A model generated the notes under the pieces. It saw nothing but the letters and a program-made list of their open reading frames with translations. It was not told where the DNA came from and did not search any database. A stretch of DNA of 63,963 nucleotides, counting the filler, from Chiloscyllium plagiosum (lineage: Eukaryota): NCBI RefSeq assembly GCF_004010195.1. It is 5 parts of one record of this genome, joined end to end, with 100 filler letters (N's around TTAATTAATTAA, not from the genome) between each part and the next. Parts side by side here need not be neighbours in the genome. Positions count along the whole stretch, not along the records: positions 21,117 to 48,043 come from NC_057716.1; 4 more parts are not named here. One strand, written 5' to 3'. The translations under genes and the position numbers were made by a program. The stretch's first letter is position 1. Each line of letters starts with the position of its first letter. Shown here one piece after another: positions 22,990 through 37,354 of this stretch.

Positions 22990-25900
22990 TCTAGAACATA
23001 GAACATTACAGCGCAGTATAGGCCCTTCGGCCCTCGATGTTGCGCCGACCTTTCAAACCAACCTGAAGCCCATCTAACCTACACTATTCCATGTTCTTCC
23101 TTATGCTTGTCCAATGAAGACTTAAATGTACTTAAAGTTGGCGAATCTACTACCGTTGCAGGAAAAGCATTCCATACCCTTACTACGCTCTGAGTAAAGA
23201 AACTACCTCTGACATTTGTCCTATATCTATCACCCCTCAATTTAAAGCTATACCTCCTCGTGCTCGCCATCACCATACTTGGAAAAAGGCTCTCCCTGTC
23301 CACCCTATCTAACCCTCTGATTATCTTATATGTCTCGATTAAGTCACCTCTCAACCTTCTTCTTTCTGACGAAAACAGCCTCAAGTCCCTCAGCCTTTCC
23401 TCGTAAGACCTTCCCTGCATACCAGGCAACATCCTAGTAAATCTCCTCTGCACCTTTTCCAAAGCTTCCACATCCTTCTTATAATGCGGTGACCAGAACT
23501 GTACACATTACTCCAAGTGCGGCCGCACCAGAGTTTTGTACAGCTGTAGCATAACCTCATGGTTCCAGAACTCGATCCTTCTATTAATAAAAGCTAAAAC
23601 ACTGTATGCCTTCTTAACAACCCTGTCAACTTGGGTGGCAATTTTCAAGGATCTGTGTACCTGGACACCGAGATCTCTCTGCTCATCTACACTACCAAGA
23701 ATCTTACCATTAGCCCAGTACTTTGCATTCCGGTTACTCCGACCAAAGAGAATCACCTCACACTTGTCCACATTAAACTCTATTTGCCACCTCTCAGCCC
23801 AGCTCTGCAGCTTATCTATGTCTTTCTGTAACCTACAACATCCTTCGTCACTATCCACAACTCCAGTGACCTTAGAGTCATCTGCAAATTTACTAAACCA
23901 CCCTTCTACACCCTCATCCAGGTCGTTTATAAAAATGACGAACAGCAGTGGACCCAACACTGACTCTTGCGGTACACCACTGGTAACTGAACTCCAGGAT
24001 GAACATTTCCCATCAACCACCACCCTCTGTCTTCTTTCAGCAAGCCAATTACTGATCCAAACTGCTTTATCTCCCACAATCCCATTCTTCCGCATTTTGT
24101 ACAATAGCCTACTGTGGGGAACCTTATCGTACGCCTTGCTGAAATCCATATACACCACATCAACCGGTTTACTCTCATCACCTGTTTGGTCACCTTCTCA
24201 AAGAACTCAATAATGTATGTGAGGCACGACCTACCCTTCACAAAACCGTGCTGACTATCCCTAATCAAATTATTCTTTTCTAGATTATTATAAATCCTAT
24301 CTCTTATAACCTTTTCCAGCACTTTACCAACAACTGAAGTAAGGCTCACTGGTCTATAATAACCAGGATTGTCTCTATTCCCCTTCTTGAACAGGGGGAC
24401 CACATTTGCTATCCTCCAGTTTAGATTAGATTAGATTACTTACAGTGTGGAAACAGGCCCTTCGGCCCAACAAGTCCACACCGACCCGCCGAAGCGCAAC
24501 CCACCCACACATTTACCCCTTCACCTAACACTGTGGGCAATTTAGCATGGCCAATTCACCTGACCCGCACATCTTTGGACTGTGGGAGGAAACCGGAGCA
24601 CCCGGAGAAAACCCACGCAGACACGGGGAGAACATGCAAACTCCACACAGTCAGTCGCCTGAGTCGGGAATTGAACCCGGGTCTCTGGCGCCGTGAGGCA
24701 GCAGTGCTAACCACTGTGCCACCGTGCCGCCCACTAGTCTTCTGGCACTATTCCTGTAGACAATGACGATTTAAAGATCAATGCCAAAGGCTCGGCAATC
24801 TCCTCCCTGGCTTCCCAGAGGATCCTAGGATAAATCCCAACTGGCCCAGGGGACTTATCTATTTTCACACTCTGCAGGATTTCTAATACCTCTTCCTTGT
24901 GAACCTCAATCCCACCTAGTCTAGTAGCCTGTATCTCTGTATTCTCCACGACAACATTGTCGTTTTCTAGAGTGAATACTGTCAAAAAATATTCATTATG
25001 TGCTTCCTCTATCTCCTCTGACTCCACATACAACTTCCCACTACTATTCTTTATTGGCCCTAATCTTACTCTCGTCATTCTTTTATTCCTTAAATACCTA
25101 TAGAAAGCCTTAGGGTTTACCCTGATCCTATCTGCCAATAACTTCTCATGTCTCCTCCTGGCTCTTCTGAGCTCTCTCTTTAGGTCTTTCCTGGCTACCT
25201 TGTAACCCTCAAGCGCCCTAACTGAGCCTTCACATCTTATCCTAACATAAGCCTTCTTCTTCCTCTTGACCAGAGATTCCACTTCCTTTGTAAACCACAG
25301 CTCCCGCGCTCTACAGCTTCCTCCCTGCCTGACAGGTATATACTTATCTAGGACACACAGGAGCATTTCCTTGAATAAGCTCCACATTTCTAATATGCCC
25401 ATCCCCTGCAGTTTCCGTCCCCATCCTATGCTTCCTAAATCTTGCCTGATCGCATCGTAATTGCCTTTCCCCCAGCTGTAACTCTTGCCCAGTGGTATAC
25501 ACCTATCCCTTTCAATCACTAAAGTAAACATAACAGAATTGTGATCGCTACCACCAAAGTGCTCACCTACATCCAAGTCTAACACCTGGCCGGGCACATT
25601 ACCCAGTACCAAATCTAATGTGGTTTCGCCCCTTGTTGGCCTGTCTACATGCTGTGTCAGGAAGCCCTCCTACACACACTGGACAAAAACTGACCCATCT
25701 ATAATACTCGTACTATAGTGTTCCCAGTTAATATTTGGAAAGTTGAAGTCCCCCATGACAACTACCCTGTCTCTCTCACTCCTATCGAGAATCATCTTTG
25801 CTATCCTTTCCTCTACATCTCTGGAACGAGTCGGAGGCCGATAGAAAACTCCCAACAGGGTGACCTCTCCTTTCCTGTTTCTAACCTCAGCCATACTACC

Positions 25901-27515
25901 TCAGTTGACGAGTCCCCAAACATCTTCTCTGCAATTGTAATACTGTCCTTGACCAACAATGCCCCCCCCCCTCCCCCTTTTAACATCTTCTCTGTTCTTA
26001 CTGAAACATCTAAATCCTGGAACTTGCAACAATCATTCCTGTCCCTCCTCTATCCATGTCTCCGAAATGGCCACAACATCGAAGTCCCAGATACCAATCC
26101 ATGCTGCAAGTTCATCCATCTTATTCCGGATGCTCCTGGCGTTGAAGTAGACACACTTCAAACCAACTTCTTGCTTGCTGATGCCATCTTGCGTCCCTGA
26201 AACTTGATTTCGGACCTCCCTACTTCAATCTTTTCTATACTCGAACTACAATTTTGGTTCCCATCCCACTGCTGGATTAGTTTAAACCCACCCCAACAGC
26301 CTTAGCGAATATCCTCCCCCAGGATATTGGTACGCCTCTGGTTCAGATGAAGACCATCCTGCTTGTAGAGATCCCACCTACCCCAGAGAGAGCCCCAATT
26401 ATCCAAGAATCCAAAACCCTCCCTCCTGCACCATCCCTGTAGCCACATGTTCAACTCCTCTCTCTCCCTATTCCTCGCCTCACTAGCACGTGGCATGGGC
26501 AACAAACCAGAGACAACAACTCTGTTCGTCCTAGCTCTAAGCTTCCATCCTGGCTCCCTGAATTTCTGCCTTAAATCCCCATCTCTCTTCCTACCTATGT
26601 CATTGGTGCCTATGTGGACCACGACTTGGGGCTGCTCCCCCTCCCCCTTAAGGACCCCAAAAACATGATCAGAGACATCACGAACCCTGGCACCTGGGAG
26701 GCAACACACCAACCGTGAGTCTGTTTCGTCCCCACAGAACCTCCTATCTGTCCCCCTAACTATGGAGTCCCCAATGACTACTGCTCTGCTCCTCTTCCCC
26801 CTTGCCTTCTGAGCAGCAGGGACAGACTCTGTGCCAGAGCCCTGTGCACCACTGCTTTCTCCTGGTAAGTCATCCCCCCCAGCAGTATCCAAAGCAAAAT
26901 ACTTATTGTTGAGGGGATCCCTGCACTGCCTGCCAGTTCCCTTTCTGTCCCCTGACTGTAATCCATCTGCCTTTTTCTTGTACCTGAGGAGTGACTACCT
27001 CCCTGTAACTCCTTTCAATAATTCTCTCTCCCTACTGAATGATCCGAAGTTCATCCAGCTCCAGCTCCAGTTCCCTAAAGTGGTTTTCAAGGAGTTAGAG
27101 TTGGGTGCACTTCCTGCAGATGTAGTCAGCAGGGACACTCGTGGTGACCCTTACCTCCCACATTCTGCAGGAGGAACATTCAACTGCCCTAACCTCCATT
27201 CCCACTATTCTAAATTCCCAAAGAGACTATTAAAAAAATAAGGAATAAAAAATAAACTCGTTACCTTACCAATCTGGCGCACAGAACCTTTTATTTTGGT
27301 TAGAGGAGGAGGATGGGTGGGAGACACTACCCGAATAGTGTTCGGGTAATGCAACCACACAAATATATGACTTCCCAGAAGTCCTTCGCTTCTCCCTCGC
27401 ACCTCTCGGCAAATGGAGGCCCGACTCCCAAGGTAAGTCCCTTTTAATGCGGGAAAACTCCCCCTTCCCGACAGCCCTCGCTTCACCTCTCCTTCTCTCC
27501 TCGCCGCTCTGGTAA
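22990..27515 (-). mobile_element. Near full-length CR1 LINE (5' UTR, ORF1 Zn-finger plus SGNH esterase, ORF2 APE-RT, (GTTCTAT)n tail)
   Basis: ORF1: ECSSCRMW..ICRKC, VVIGDSIVRG, VHIGTNDI, DGLHLN. ORF2: GVFYRPP, MGDFNFP, SDHNSV, KFADDSK. Several frameshifts and stops, and a SINE insertion. Confidence 0.95.
24421..24731 (-). mobile_element. HE1-type V-SINE, young, inserted in CR1 ORF2
   Basis: CpG-rich complete copy that interrupts the IVPED|WRIANV frame. Confidence 0.92.
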
Positions 27516-27734
27516 AATGGAGCTGAGAGAGGTTGTTCTGGCTATGAGGGATTATAACAAAGGTTTTTCAGACTCATTCCTAGGATATCAAGACTGTCGT
27601 ATGAAAGAGACTGGTTTGGTCAGAACTGTGTTTAGAAGAATGAGGGGCAAAATTTCATAGAAATGTAAAAAGTGCCAACTGGACCAGATAAGGAAAACAT
27701 AGGAAGGATGCTCCAGATGATGGAGGAATGGTCC

Positions 27735-28420
27735 AAAACCCGTGTCACAATCTAAGAATACAGGGTAGATCATTTAGGACTGAGATGAGGAGAAATGTCT
27801 TCATCCAGAGAGTCGAAAAGTGTGGTTTTGGAAAAGCACGGCACATCAGGCAGTATCCGAGGGGTGGGAGAGTTGACATTTCAGGCATAAGCCCTTCATC
27901 AGAAATGTGATGAAGGGTTTATGCCTGAAACATTGACTCTCCTATTCTACAGGTGCTGCCTGACCTGCTGTGCTTTACCAGCGCCACACGTTTTGACTCT
28001 GATCTCCAGCATCTGCAGTCCTCACTTTCTCCTTCACCCAGAGAGTGATGAGCTTGTGGCATTGTCTGCAACATAAAAAAGCTGCAGCCAAAACAGTGAA
28101 TATTTTCAAGAAGGAGTTCAGATACAGCTCTTAAGGCTAAACAGTTCAAAGTGTGTAGGGAGAACAAGGAACAGCTATTGGGTTGGATGATGAGCCATGA
28201 TCATATTGAATGGTGGAGCAGGCTAGAAGTGCTGAATAGATTAGAGTAGTGCTGGAAAAGCACAGCAGGTCAGGAAGCATCCGACGAGCAGGAAAATCGA
28301 CGTTTCGAGCAAAAGCCCAGCACCACTCGAATCTAGACTCTGGTTTCCAGCATCTGCAGTCCTTGTTTTTACATAGAAGGGCTGAATAGTCTACTCTTCT
28401 ACTTTCTATGTGTCTATGTT
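27735..28420 (+). mobile_element. CR1 3' end carrying two PLE short inserts (27814-28031, 28240-28373)
   Basis: HNLRIQGRSFRTEMRRNVF motif. Each insert is flanked by a 15-16 bp duplication of the host sequence. Confidence 0.82.
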
Positions 28421-29239
28421 TTCCTTGTTAGAGATAAGGGTGCGTCTTGTATTTTTCAGTGTGCAGGTTGCTATGGAAATTTTCTTCATAAAGCCTCTGT
28501 AATATTCATTGAATTTTTGAAAATTTTATAAGGTTATTACGCAACGAATTCTATCACAACAACATACAAAAGTGTATTTTTATGAGGTTGAGGCATGTTT
28601 TATCTTGCATTTTATTTTTACATTCTTCACATTGTAGCTTTGTTCGTTGCATAAATTATTTTCCATAAATGCCATGTGATTAGAATTGTCAAATGAGGAA
28701 AATCCAAGGTAGGCATATTCTGCACATTACAGGAAATTCAGTTTGTGTCAAAAATGTATTTTTGATGAAACACAATTCAGTATATTGATCAGATTTTAAT
28801 GTAGAAATATTCTGAGATGTAACAGAGATTGTGAAAATTCTGAGTAAACAGCACATTACTATCATTTTACAACATGTCTGATGTTTAATTAAACACCATT
28901 GGGTTAAATATCCATTTTAGACGTGATTCGGAGATGCACTTTTAGACAATTTAGATGACTTTTAGATGATTTTAGACAAGCACTGATCATGTGGACGGGC
29001 AAAAAGGAAATCATAAACATGATACTACACAAGCTTAACAAATGCATTCCGAGACAAAAATCAAATGAAAATTACTTGATGGGATGGAGATTTAAGGAGT
29101 TCTGCATTTCTTGACAATTTCTCCAATGGAACTGATGAGGTAATACAATTTCTAGCACCCTCAGCTGTACGTTTCCTCACATTGCAAGTAACTTTTTATT
29201 CTTTTCTCACATGCATTTCTGCTGGTTGCTCAGTGTTCA

Positions 29240-32200
29240 GAATCTCAGAGCCAGCCAACAGGATATTCTGAAGGGTAAGGTGAGCAGCCAGAGGTCATCG
29301 TTCATACTGGTATTAATGGCAGAGGTAGGAAGAGAGATGAGGTCCTGCAAAGGGAATTAAGGGAGTTTTTGGGCAGTTGAAAGGCAGGACTCTAGGGTTG
29401 TAATTTTGGGGTTACTTCCTATACCATGTGCTAGTGAGGCCAGAAATAGGAAGTTAATACAGGTGAATGCATGGCTAAAGTACTAGGATGCAGGTATCTG
29501 GATCATTGAGCTCTCTCCCAGGGTTGGAGTGACCTGTACATTATGGGCGGCTTGCATCTAAGCTGAAGGGACACCAATATTCTTGCATGGAGTTTGCTAG
29601 TGCCATTTGGAAGGGCTTAAATTTGTGTGGCTACCTGAGCAGTACGTCAGCACGTGGTGTGTTTGAAGAGAAGAGAGAGGCTAAATAAAATAAGTTTATG
29701 AGGAAGAATAGACAGGGGCAGGTTAGTAATTATAGTGGGACTAGCGGTCTGAATGTATTTTAATGTGAGGAGTATAACAGATAAAGCAGATGAGCTTAAA
29801 GCCTGGTTTAGTAGTTGGGACTGTAATCTGGTATCCATGACAGAAACCTGGTTGACAGAACAGCGGGATTGATGGGTCAATGTTCCAGGGTTTAAATGTT
29901 TCAGGTGTCATAGAGAGGAATGTAAAAGGAGGGGAGGAGTTGCACTACTGATTGAGGACAATGTCACAGCTGCACTAAGCGAGGACATCTTGAAGGGCTC
30001 ATCCAGTGAGGACATATGGGTTGCACTCAGAATACGTAAGGTGCAGTCATTATGATGGGGTTACACTATAAGCCTTCCAATAGACAGTGGGCAGATCATG
30101 GAAAGATGTCAATCCAGCAGGGTTGTTGTAGTGGGTGACTTTAAAATTTCCCAATATTAACTGGGAATCCCTTAGTGCCAGGAGCTTAGATCGGACAGAA
30201 TTTAAATGTATCCTGGAGGGATTCTTGATATAATAGGTAGATAGTCCAACTCAGGAAGAGACCATAATAGACCTTATATTGGGGAATGAACCTGATCAGA
30301 TGATTGAAGTTTCAGTAGAGGGGTTTGTTGGTATTGGTGATCATAATTCCATATGGTTTAAGATAGTTATGGAAAAGGATAAAATTGATCCTCATGTGGA
30401 AATTCTAAATTGGAGGAGACTAATTATAACAATATTAGGCAGGAACTGGGGAAATTGGTTTGGGAACAGCCGTTTGAAAGTAAATCCAAATCTGGCATGT
30501 GGATTTTAAAAGCCAGTTCAGAGTTTAGGACCAGCATGTTCCTGTGAAGGTGAATGATAAGGATGGCGAGATTGGGGAACTCTGGATGATAAGAGGCATT
30601 GTAAGTTTAATTAAAAAGAAAATGGAAGTACATGTAAGGTTAAGGAAATAGAAATCAAACAAGACCTTTGAGGAATATAAAGGAAGCAGGAAAGAACTTA
30701 AAGCAAAATTAGGTTGGCTCGAAGAGGCTTTGCAAAGTCCTTAGCAAATAGGATTATGGAGAATTTCAAGGTAGTTTATACGTTTATTAGGAGTAGGTCC
30801 ATTCAATGTCAAAGAAGGGACATTGTGTGTCGCCAGAGTAGGTGGGTGAGGTACATAATGTGTATATTGCCATTGGGATTCATCAATTAATTGTCACACA
30901 GTGGCTCAGAGGTTAGCACTGCTGCCTCACAGTACCAGAGACTTGGGTTTGATTCCAGCCTCGGGTGACTGTCTGTGTGGAATGTGCACATTCTCCCTGT
31001 GAGTGTGTGGATTTGTTTTGAGCTCCAGTTTCCTCCCACAATCAAAAGATATGCAGGTCAGGTGAATTGGCCATGCTAAATTGCCCATAGTGTTAGGTGC
31101 ATTAATCAGGAGTAAATATAGGGTAATAAGGGAATGGGTCTGGTTGGGTTACTCTTTGGAGGGTCGGCGTGGACTCGTGGGCTGAAGGGCCTGTTTTCAT
31201 ACTGTAGGGAATCTAATCTAATGTAAAAAAAGAGAAAGATGTAGAGTCATAGCAATATAGCATGGAAACAAATGATGTTAAGTTTAGAGAGGCACTTTGA
31301 TATGAAGGAGTAGGAGATGATGGATGCCTCAAAAAATATTAAGGTAGATAAGTCACCAGGGCCTGAAGGAATCTTCGCCAGGATACCGAAAGAGGAAAGG
31401 AAGAGATTTCCAGGGCCTTAATGAGGATCTTTGTGTCTTCTTTTGCCACAGGCGAGATCCCAGCAGACTGGAGAATGTTCTTTCTCTATTTAGAGAAGGC
31501 AACAGGGGTAATTCAGGAAATTTTAGACAATGAGTCTAACATTAGTGGAAGGAAATTATTGGAGACGGTTCTTAGGGACAGGATTCACTTGCATTTGAAG
31601 AAGAATGGGCTTAATAGGGACAGTAAGCATGGCTTAATGCAAGGGAGGTTTTGTCACTTAAACTTGATTGAGCTTTTTTTGAGGAAGTAACCAAGGTGAT
31701 TGAGCAAAGGGTAGTGGTTGTTGTCTACGTGGATTTTATTAAAATATTTGACAAGGTCCCTCATGGTAGGCTGGGCCAGAAGATCAAGTCACGTGGAATC
31801 CATGGTGAGTTGGCAAATTGCAGACAAACTGTGCTTATTTGTAATGTACTGTATATATAAAGACACAAATTCCACACAAATCATATGTAAATGATGGTCT
31901 GATTAGTAAGTTTGTAGATGACATGGAAATTGGTAGAGTTGCAGAGGGAGTATATCAAAGGATACAGCAGGATATAGACCAGTTGGAAAGTTGGGTGGAG
32001 AAATGTCAAATGGAGTTTAATCCAGACAAGTGTGAGGTGATGCATTTTGGAAGGTCAAATGCAAGAGGCAAGTGTATTGTAAATGGCTGAATCCTTAGGA
32101 ACGTTGACATAAGGAGAGATCTTTGTGTCCAAGTCCGTAACTCCCTGAAAATGGCAACACAAGTCAATAAGGTGTTAAAGAAGGCATACTGCATGCTTAC

Positions 32201-32695
32201 ATCATCAGTCAGGACATTGAGTAGAAAAGTTTGAAGATGGTGCAAAAGAGGTTTTCTCGGCCGTTGCCTGGATTAGAGTGTATTAGTTATAAGGAGAGGT
32301 TGGACAAATTTGGATTGTTTTCACTTAATTGTCAGAGGCTGATGGGGTGATCTGATAGAAATATATAAAATTGAGAGGCATGGATTGAATGGATAATGCA
32401 AATATCAAATAGAAGGGGCATAGGTTTGAGGTGAGTAGGGAACAAGTTTAAAACAGATACGCAAGTTTTTAGACAGAGGATAGCAAGTGCCTAGAAAGTA
32501 TTGCCAGGGGAAGTGGTAGAAGCAGGTTCAATAGCGATGTTTAAAATGAATTTATACAGACACATGAATAGGCAGGGAAGAGAGGAATACTGACCATTAA
32601 CGGACAAATGGGATTAGTTTAGAATAGCATAATGGTCTGCACAGCTATGTTGGGCTGAAGGGGCTGTTCCTGTGCTGCACTGTTATGTTCTATGG
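29240..32695 (+). mobile_element. Old, nearly complete CR1 (ORF1 esterase remnant plus ORF2), with a SINE at 30895-31221
   Basis: Motifs GEQPEVIVHTG, FNVRSITDKADEL, MTETWL, GDHNSI, DKSPGP and WQMEFNPDKCEV-like, ending in a TGTTCTAT tail. Confidence 0.88.
30895..31221 (+). mobile_element. HE1-type V-SINE
   Basis: Consensus head, V-domain and AATCTAATCTAA tail. Confidence 0.88.
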
Positions 32696-33129
32696 TTATT
32701 TCAATGGAATTGCACACTTGTTTTAGAACAAGGACAGTCGAAAGACTTTAATTTGTACATTCATTTTAGTGTCCTTTTGTACTAAATTGTAACCGTTTTA
32801 AAATTCACATCTGTGTGTTTTGATACTGGATAGTGCATTGTTACTATTGATTTTGGTGTGAGCAGGTAAGAAAGTTGCATTTTCTTTCACTCAAATCTTG
32901 TAACTGGCTCCTTGTTTTTGTGCTGAACTAGCTAACTGCACTTTAATTAGAGAGAAGGATAGCTTTGTGCTGGAAAAGAATATTTCGTATCTGTTGAAGT
33001 CAACTGATTCACCCCTCCTCATCTAATCATAACGGGATTAGTGACATTGTAATTGTGTTATTTGCACCTCAATGAACATTAACAGCTTTCAGTTAGCAGT
33101 CATTCATGTTATTTCAGCACATTAGAAAC

Positions 33130-33254
33130 AATCATAGATATTGTGATTCAACCTCGGCGAGAGTTATTATGACACATCTTTGGAACAGATGGGGACTTGA
33201 ACCCAGGTCTCTGACTCAGAGGTAACGATACCATCTCTGTATCACAAGAGCCCC
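33130..33254 (-). mobile_element. Short tRNA-derived SINE remnant
   Basis: GGGCTCTTGTG..CCTCTGAGTCAGAGACCTGGGTTCAAGTCCCCA with a B box. A related remnant lies at about 17630-17725 (+). Confidence 0.5.
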
Positions 33255-33509
33255 TCGACAATAATTATGTGCACTAAAACTGATTATCTGGTCATTATTA
33301 CATGCAGCTAAGGAGTCATCCTTGTGTATAGATGACCCTGCTTCTGGTTTTAGAGCAGTTACTACATTTCAAAAAGTATTTCATTGATGGTAATACACTT
33401 TAAGGTTGTGGGACATGATGCACTTTTTTTTTAACTGTTCAATAATGAAGATATTAGCTTTTCAGGTTGCTTTACCATGTTAACTAGTATTTTGTATTGC
33501 TATTCACAA

Positions 33510-36500
33510 AGGAGAAAAACATGGTGGATAGTGAGTCGAGAGAGGGGTATGCTGATCTGCAAAGTAGGTTTTTTTTAAGAGGAGAAGCAATGTTGGGTGT
33601 TTTGTAAAGCATTAAAGTAGACAAATCTGCAGAACCTGATGGGATCTATCCCAAGATACTGAGGGAGGAAATTGCTGGGGTCTTGTGCAAATTGTTTGTG
33701 TCCCCTTTACTCTCAGAATAGTTTAGAGAGGAGGATTTGCAGAGGATACAGCAAGACATTCAATATGTGGATATACCTACTAGAGAAGGAGTAATACATA
33801 GACAGCTGTTAGGAAATAAGACAGAACAAGTGATTGAGGTGGTGGAGCACATTGGGGCAAGTGATCATAATGCTAGTTTTAAAATAGCTATGGAAAAGGA
33901 TAGAACTGATCAAAACGTTGAAGTTCTAAATTGGAGGGATGCCAATTTAGACAGGAACTTAAGGAAGTTATTAAGGGGAGATGATTCGTAGGTAAAGGAA
34001 TGGTTGGGAAGTGGGATGTCTTTAAAAATATGATAACGAGAGTTCAGAGACAGTATGTTCCTGTTAGTGTGAAAAGCGAGGCTGGTAGGTGTAGGGAATG
34101 TTGAATGACTAAGAAATTGAGGCTCTGGTTAAGAAGAGGAAGAAGGCAAAAATCAGGTATAGACAGCTGGGATCAAGTAAATCTTTAGATTATAAAGGCA
34201 GTAGGATTATACTTAATAAGAAACTTAGAAGAAACTTGCTTAAGGAAGTTAGAATGGACTCACAAACTCTTAACATTTACCTGTAGCTGTGTTTTTGTTT
34301 TTGTCACTGTTTACCTATTATTTACTTATTGATGCTACTTAACTATGTGATCTGCCTGTATTGCTTGCAATGCAAAGCTTTTCACTTTGCCTTGGTACAC
34401 GTGACAATAATTTCAATTCAATTCAAATTCAGGAGGGCAAAAAGGGGACATCAGATAGCATTGGCAAACAGGGTTAAGGAGAATCCAAAGTGATTCTATA
34501 TGTACATTAAGGGCAAAAGAGTAACTAAGCAGAGAATAAGGCCCCTTAAAGACCAACATGGCATCTGTGTAGGACCACAGGAGATGGATGAGGGAAACTA
34601 AATGAATAGTTTGCAGTGGGATTGACTATGGAAGGCATGGAAGTGAGGGAAATTGGAGTGGTAAATAGTGATGTTTTGAAAAGAGTTCATATTACAGAAG
34701 AGGAAGTGCTGGATGTTTTAAAATGCAGAAAGGTAGATAAATCCTCAGGACCTCATCTGTTTTCCAGAATCATAGAATCCCTCCAGTGTGGAAGCAGGCC
34801 ATTGAGTCCAGACCAACCCTCCAAAGAGTATCCCATCCTATTGTTGCATTTCTCTTGGTCAATTCACATAATCTTTGAATTGTGAGAGGAAACTGGAGCA
34901 CCTGGAGCAAACCCGCACAGACACAGGGAAAATGTGCAAACTTCACACACACAGTTGCTTGAGTCTGGATTCAAACCTGTGTCCCTGGTGCTGTGAGGCA
35001 GCAGTACAAGCCATTGTGCCACCCCTTTGTGGAAAGCCAAGGAAGAGATTGCTAGGCCCCTTCCTGAGATATTTGTATCACCAACCACAGATGAGGTGCC
35101 AGAAGACTGGAGTTTGGTTAATGTAGTGCCATTATTTAAGAAAGGCTGTAAGGAAAAGCCAGGCAACTATAGACTAGTGAGCCTTATATCAGTTGTAGAT
35201 AAGTTGTTGGAAGGGATTTTGAGAGACAGGATTTATATGTGCTTGGAAAGGCAAGGACTGATTCAGGATAGTGAGCATGGCTTTGTGCATGGGAAATCGT
35301 GTCTCACTAATGTGATTGGGTTTTTTCAAGAGGTGATAAGATTGAATGCAGAGCAGTGGATATTGTTGTATATGGACCAGCAAAATGTTCAACAACTTTC
35401 CACGTAGTAGACTTGGTTAGTAAGGTTAGTTCTGGTACAGATGCTGCCAGACTTCCTGAGCTTTTTGTTTTTGTTTCTGATTTACAGCATCCACAGTTCT
35501 TCCAGTTTTCACTTGGATACAATTCATTTCGCTTGAGGATAGGAAACAGAGGGTGGAGGAGGGTTGTTTTTCAGACTGAAGGCCTGTGACCAGTGGTATG
35601 CCACAAGGATCAGTGCTGGGTTCACTGATTTTCATTATTTATATAAATCATTTGGATGTGAATAAAAAGGAGACATGGTTGGTAAGTTTGCAGATGACAC
35701 CAAAATAGGTGGTATAGTGGACTGTGAAGGAGATTATCTCAGAGTATAACGGGACCTTGCTCAGATGGCCCAATGGACCGAGGAATGGCAGATGGAATTT
35801 AATTTAGATGAATGTGTATTTTGGTAAGTCAAGCCAAGGAAGGACTTGTACAGTTAATGGGATTAGGACCCTAGGGAGCGTTGCTGAGCAAAAAGACCTT
35901 GGGTACAGGTACATAGTTTCTTGAAAGTGGAGTCGCAGGCAGATAGGGTAGTGAAGAAGGCATTTGGCATGTTTGCATTCATTGGACCATAACATTGAGT
36001 ATAGAAGTTGGGATGTTATGTTGTGATTGTACAGGACATTGGTGAGGCCAGTTTTGGAATACTGCATACAATTCTGGCTGCCCTTCTATAGAAAAGATGT
36101 TGTTAAACTTGAAAGAGTGCAGAAAAGATTTACAAGGATCTTGCTGAGACGGGAAGCTTTGAGCTGTAGGGCAAGTCTGAATGAGCTGGGGCATTTATCC
36201 CGGAAACTGAAAGCTGAGGGGTGACCTTACTGAAGTTTATAAAATCATGAATGGCAAGGATAGGGTGAATAGCCAAGGTCTTTTTCCTGAATGAAGGCGT
36301 ACAAAACTATAGGGCATAGTTTTAAGGTGAGAGTGGAAAGATATAAAAAGGTTCCGTGGGATAACTTTATAATAAGAGGGTGGAATATGTATGAAACAAG
36401 CTGCCAGAGGAAGTTGTGGAGGTGGACACAATTACAAGATATAAAAAGCATCTGGATGAGTATATAAATAAGGGTTTAGAGAGATATGGGCCAAATACCA

Positions 36501-37330
36501 GCAAATGGGACTAAGTCAGAATGGGATGTCTCGTCAGCACGGATGAGTTAGACAAAAGATCTGTTTCCATGCTGTATGACTCTATCTGGTAGGCTAGAGA
36601 TCTGAGTAGAGAAATAGCACATGGAATTTACTCTGTTCAAATGGGAGATGATGCATTTTGGGAGGCCTATTGCAGGAAGGAAGTATACAATAAATGGCAG
36701 AACCCTTAGAAGCATTGACGCAGAGATCTAGGTGTACTGTACATCGAGGTGTTTACAGTTACCTGAAAGGGACAACACAATTGAATAAGATGGTCAAGAT
36801 GATGTATGGTATGCTTGCCTTCATTGGTTGTGGAATAGTGTAAAAAGTAGCAAGTCATATTGCAACGGTATGAAACTTTAGTTTGGCCACATTTGGAATA
36901 TTGTGGACAGTTCTGGTTGGCACACTGGCAGAGGGATGTGGAGGCTTTGGAGAGGGTATTGAAATAGTTTACCAGGTTATTGTCTGGTTTGGAGGGTATT
37001 AGGTATCAGGAGAGATTGGACAAACCTAATTTGTTTTGACTTGATCGTTAGAGGCTGAGGAGTGACCTGATAGAAGTTTACAAAATTACAATATAATAAA
37101 TTACAAATGAGAGGCATGGATAGAATGGAGAATTGGAATCTTTTTCTGAGAGTAGAGGGGACATAGGTAAAAGTGAGAAGTTTAAAGGAGATGTGAAAGG
37201 CAAAATTTTTAGAGGGTGTTAAATACCTGGAGATGGTAGAAGCTGTCGGAGGAGATGGTAGAAGCAGATACAATAGTAATGTATAAGAGGCATCTTGACA
37301 GATAACAGCATAAATAGGCAGAAAATAACA
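33510..37330 (+). mobile_element. Mosaic of degraded CR1 ORF2 copies with nested inserts
   Basis: Motifs IPTREG, SDHNAS, PEDWSLVNVVPLFKKG and KFADDTK. Inserts: Rex/Babar-like tail at about 34250-34430, SINE at 34767-35022, PLE piece at 35430-35510. Confidence 0.85.
34250..34430 (+). mobile_element. Probable Rex1/Babar-type LINE 3' end
   Basis: AAAGCTTTTCACT..GGTACACGTGACAATAA followed by an (ATTCA)n tail, inserted within a CR1 frame. Confidence 0.45.
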
Positions 37331-37354
37331 GAATACGAGATAGACGACGGGAAA

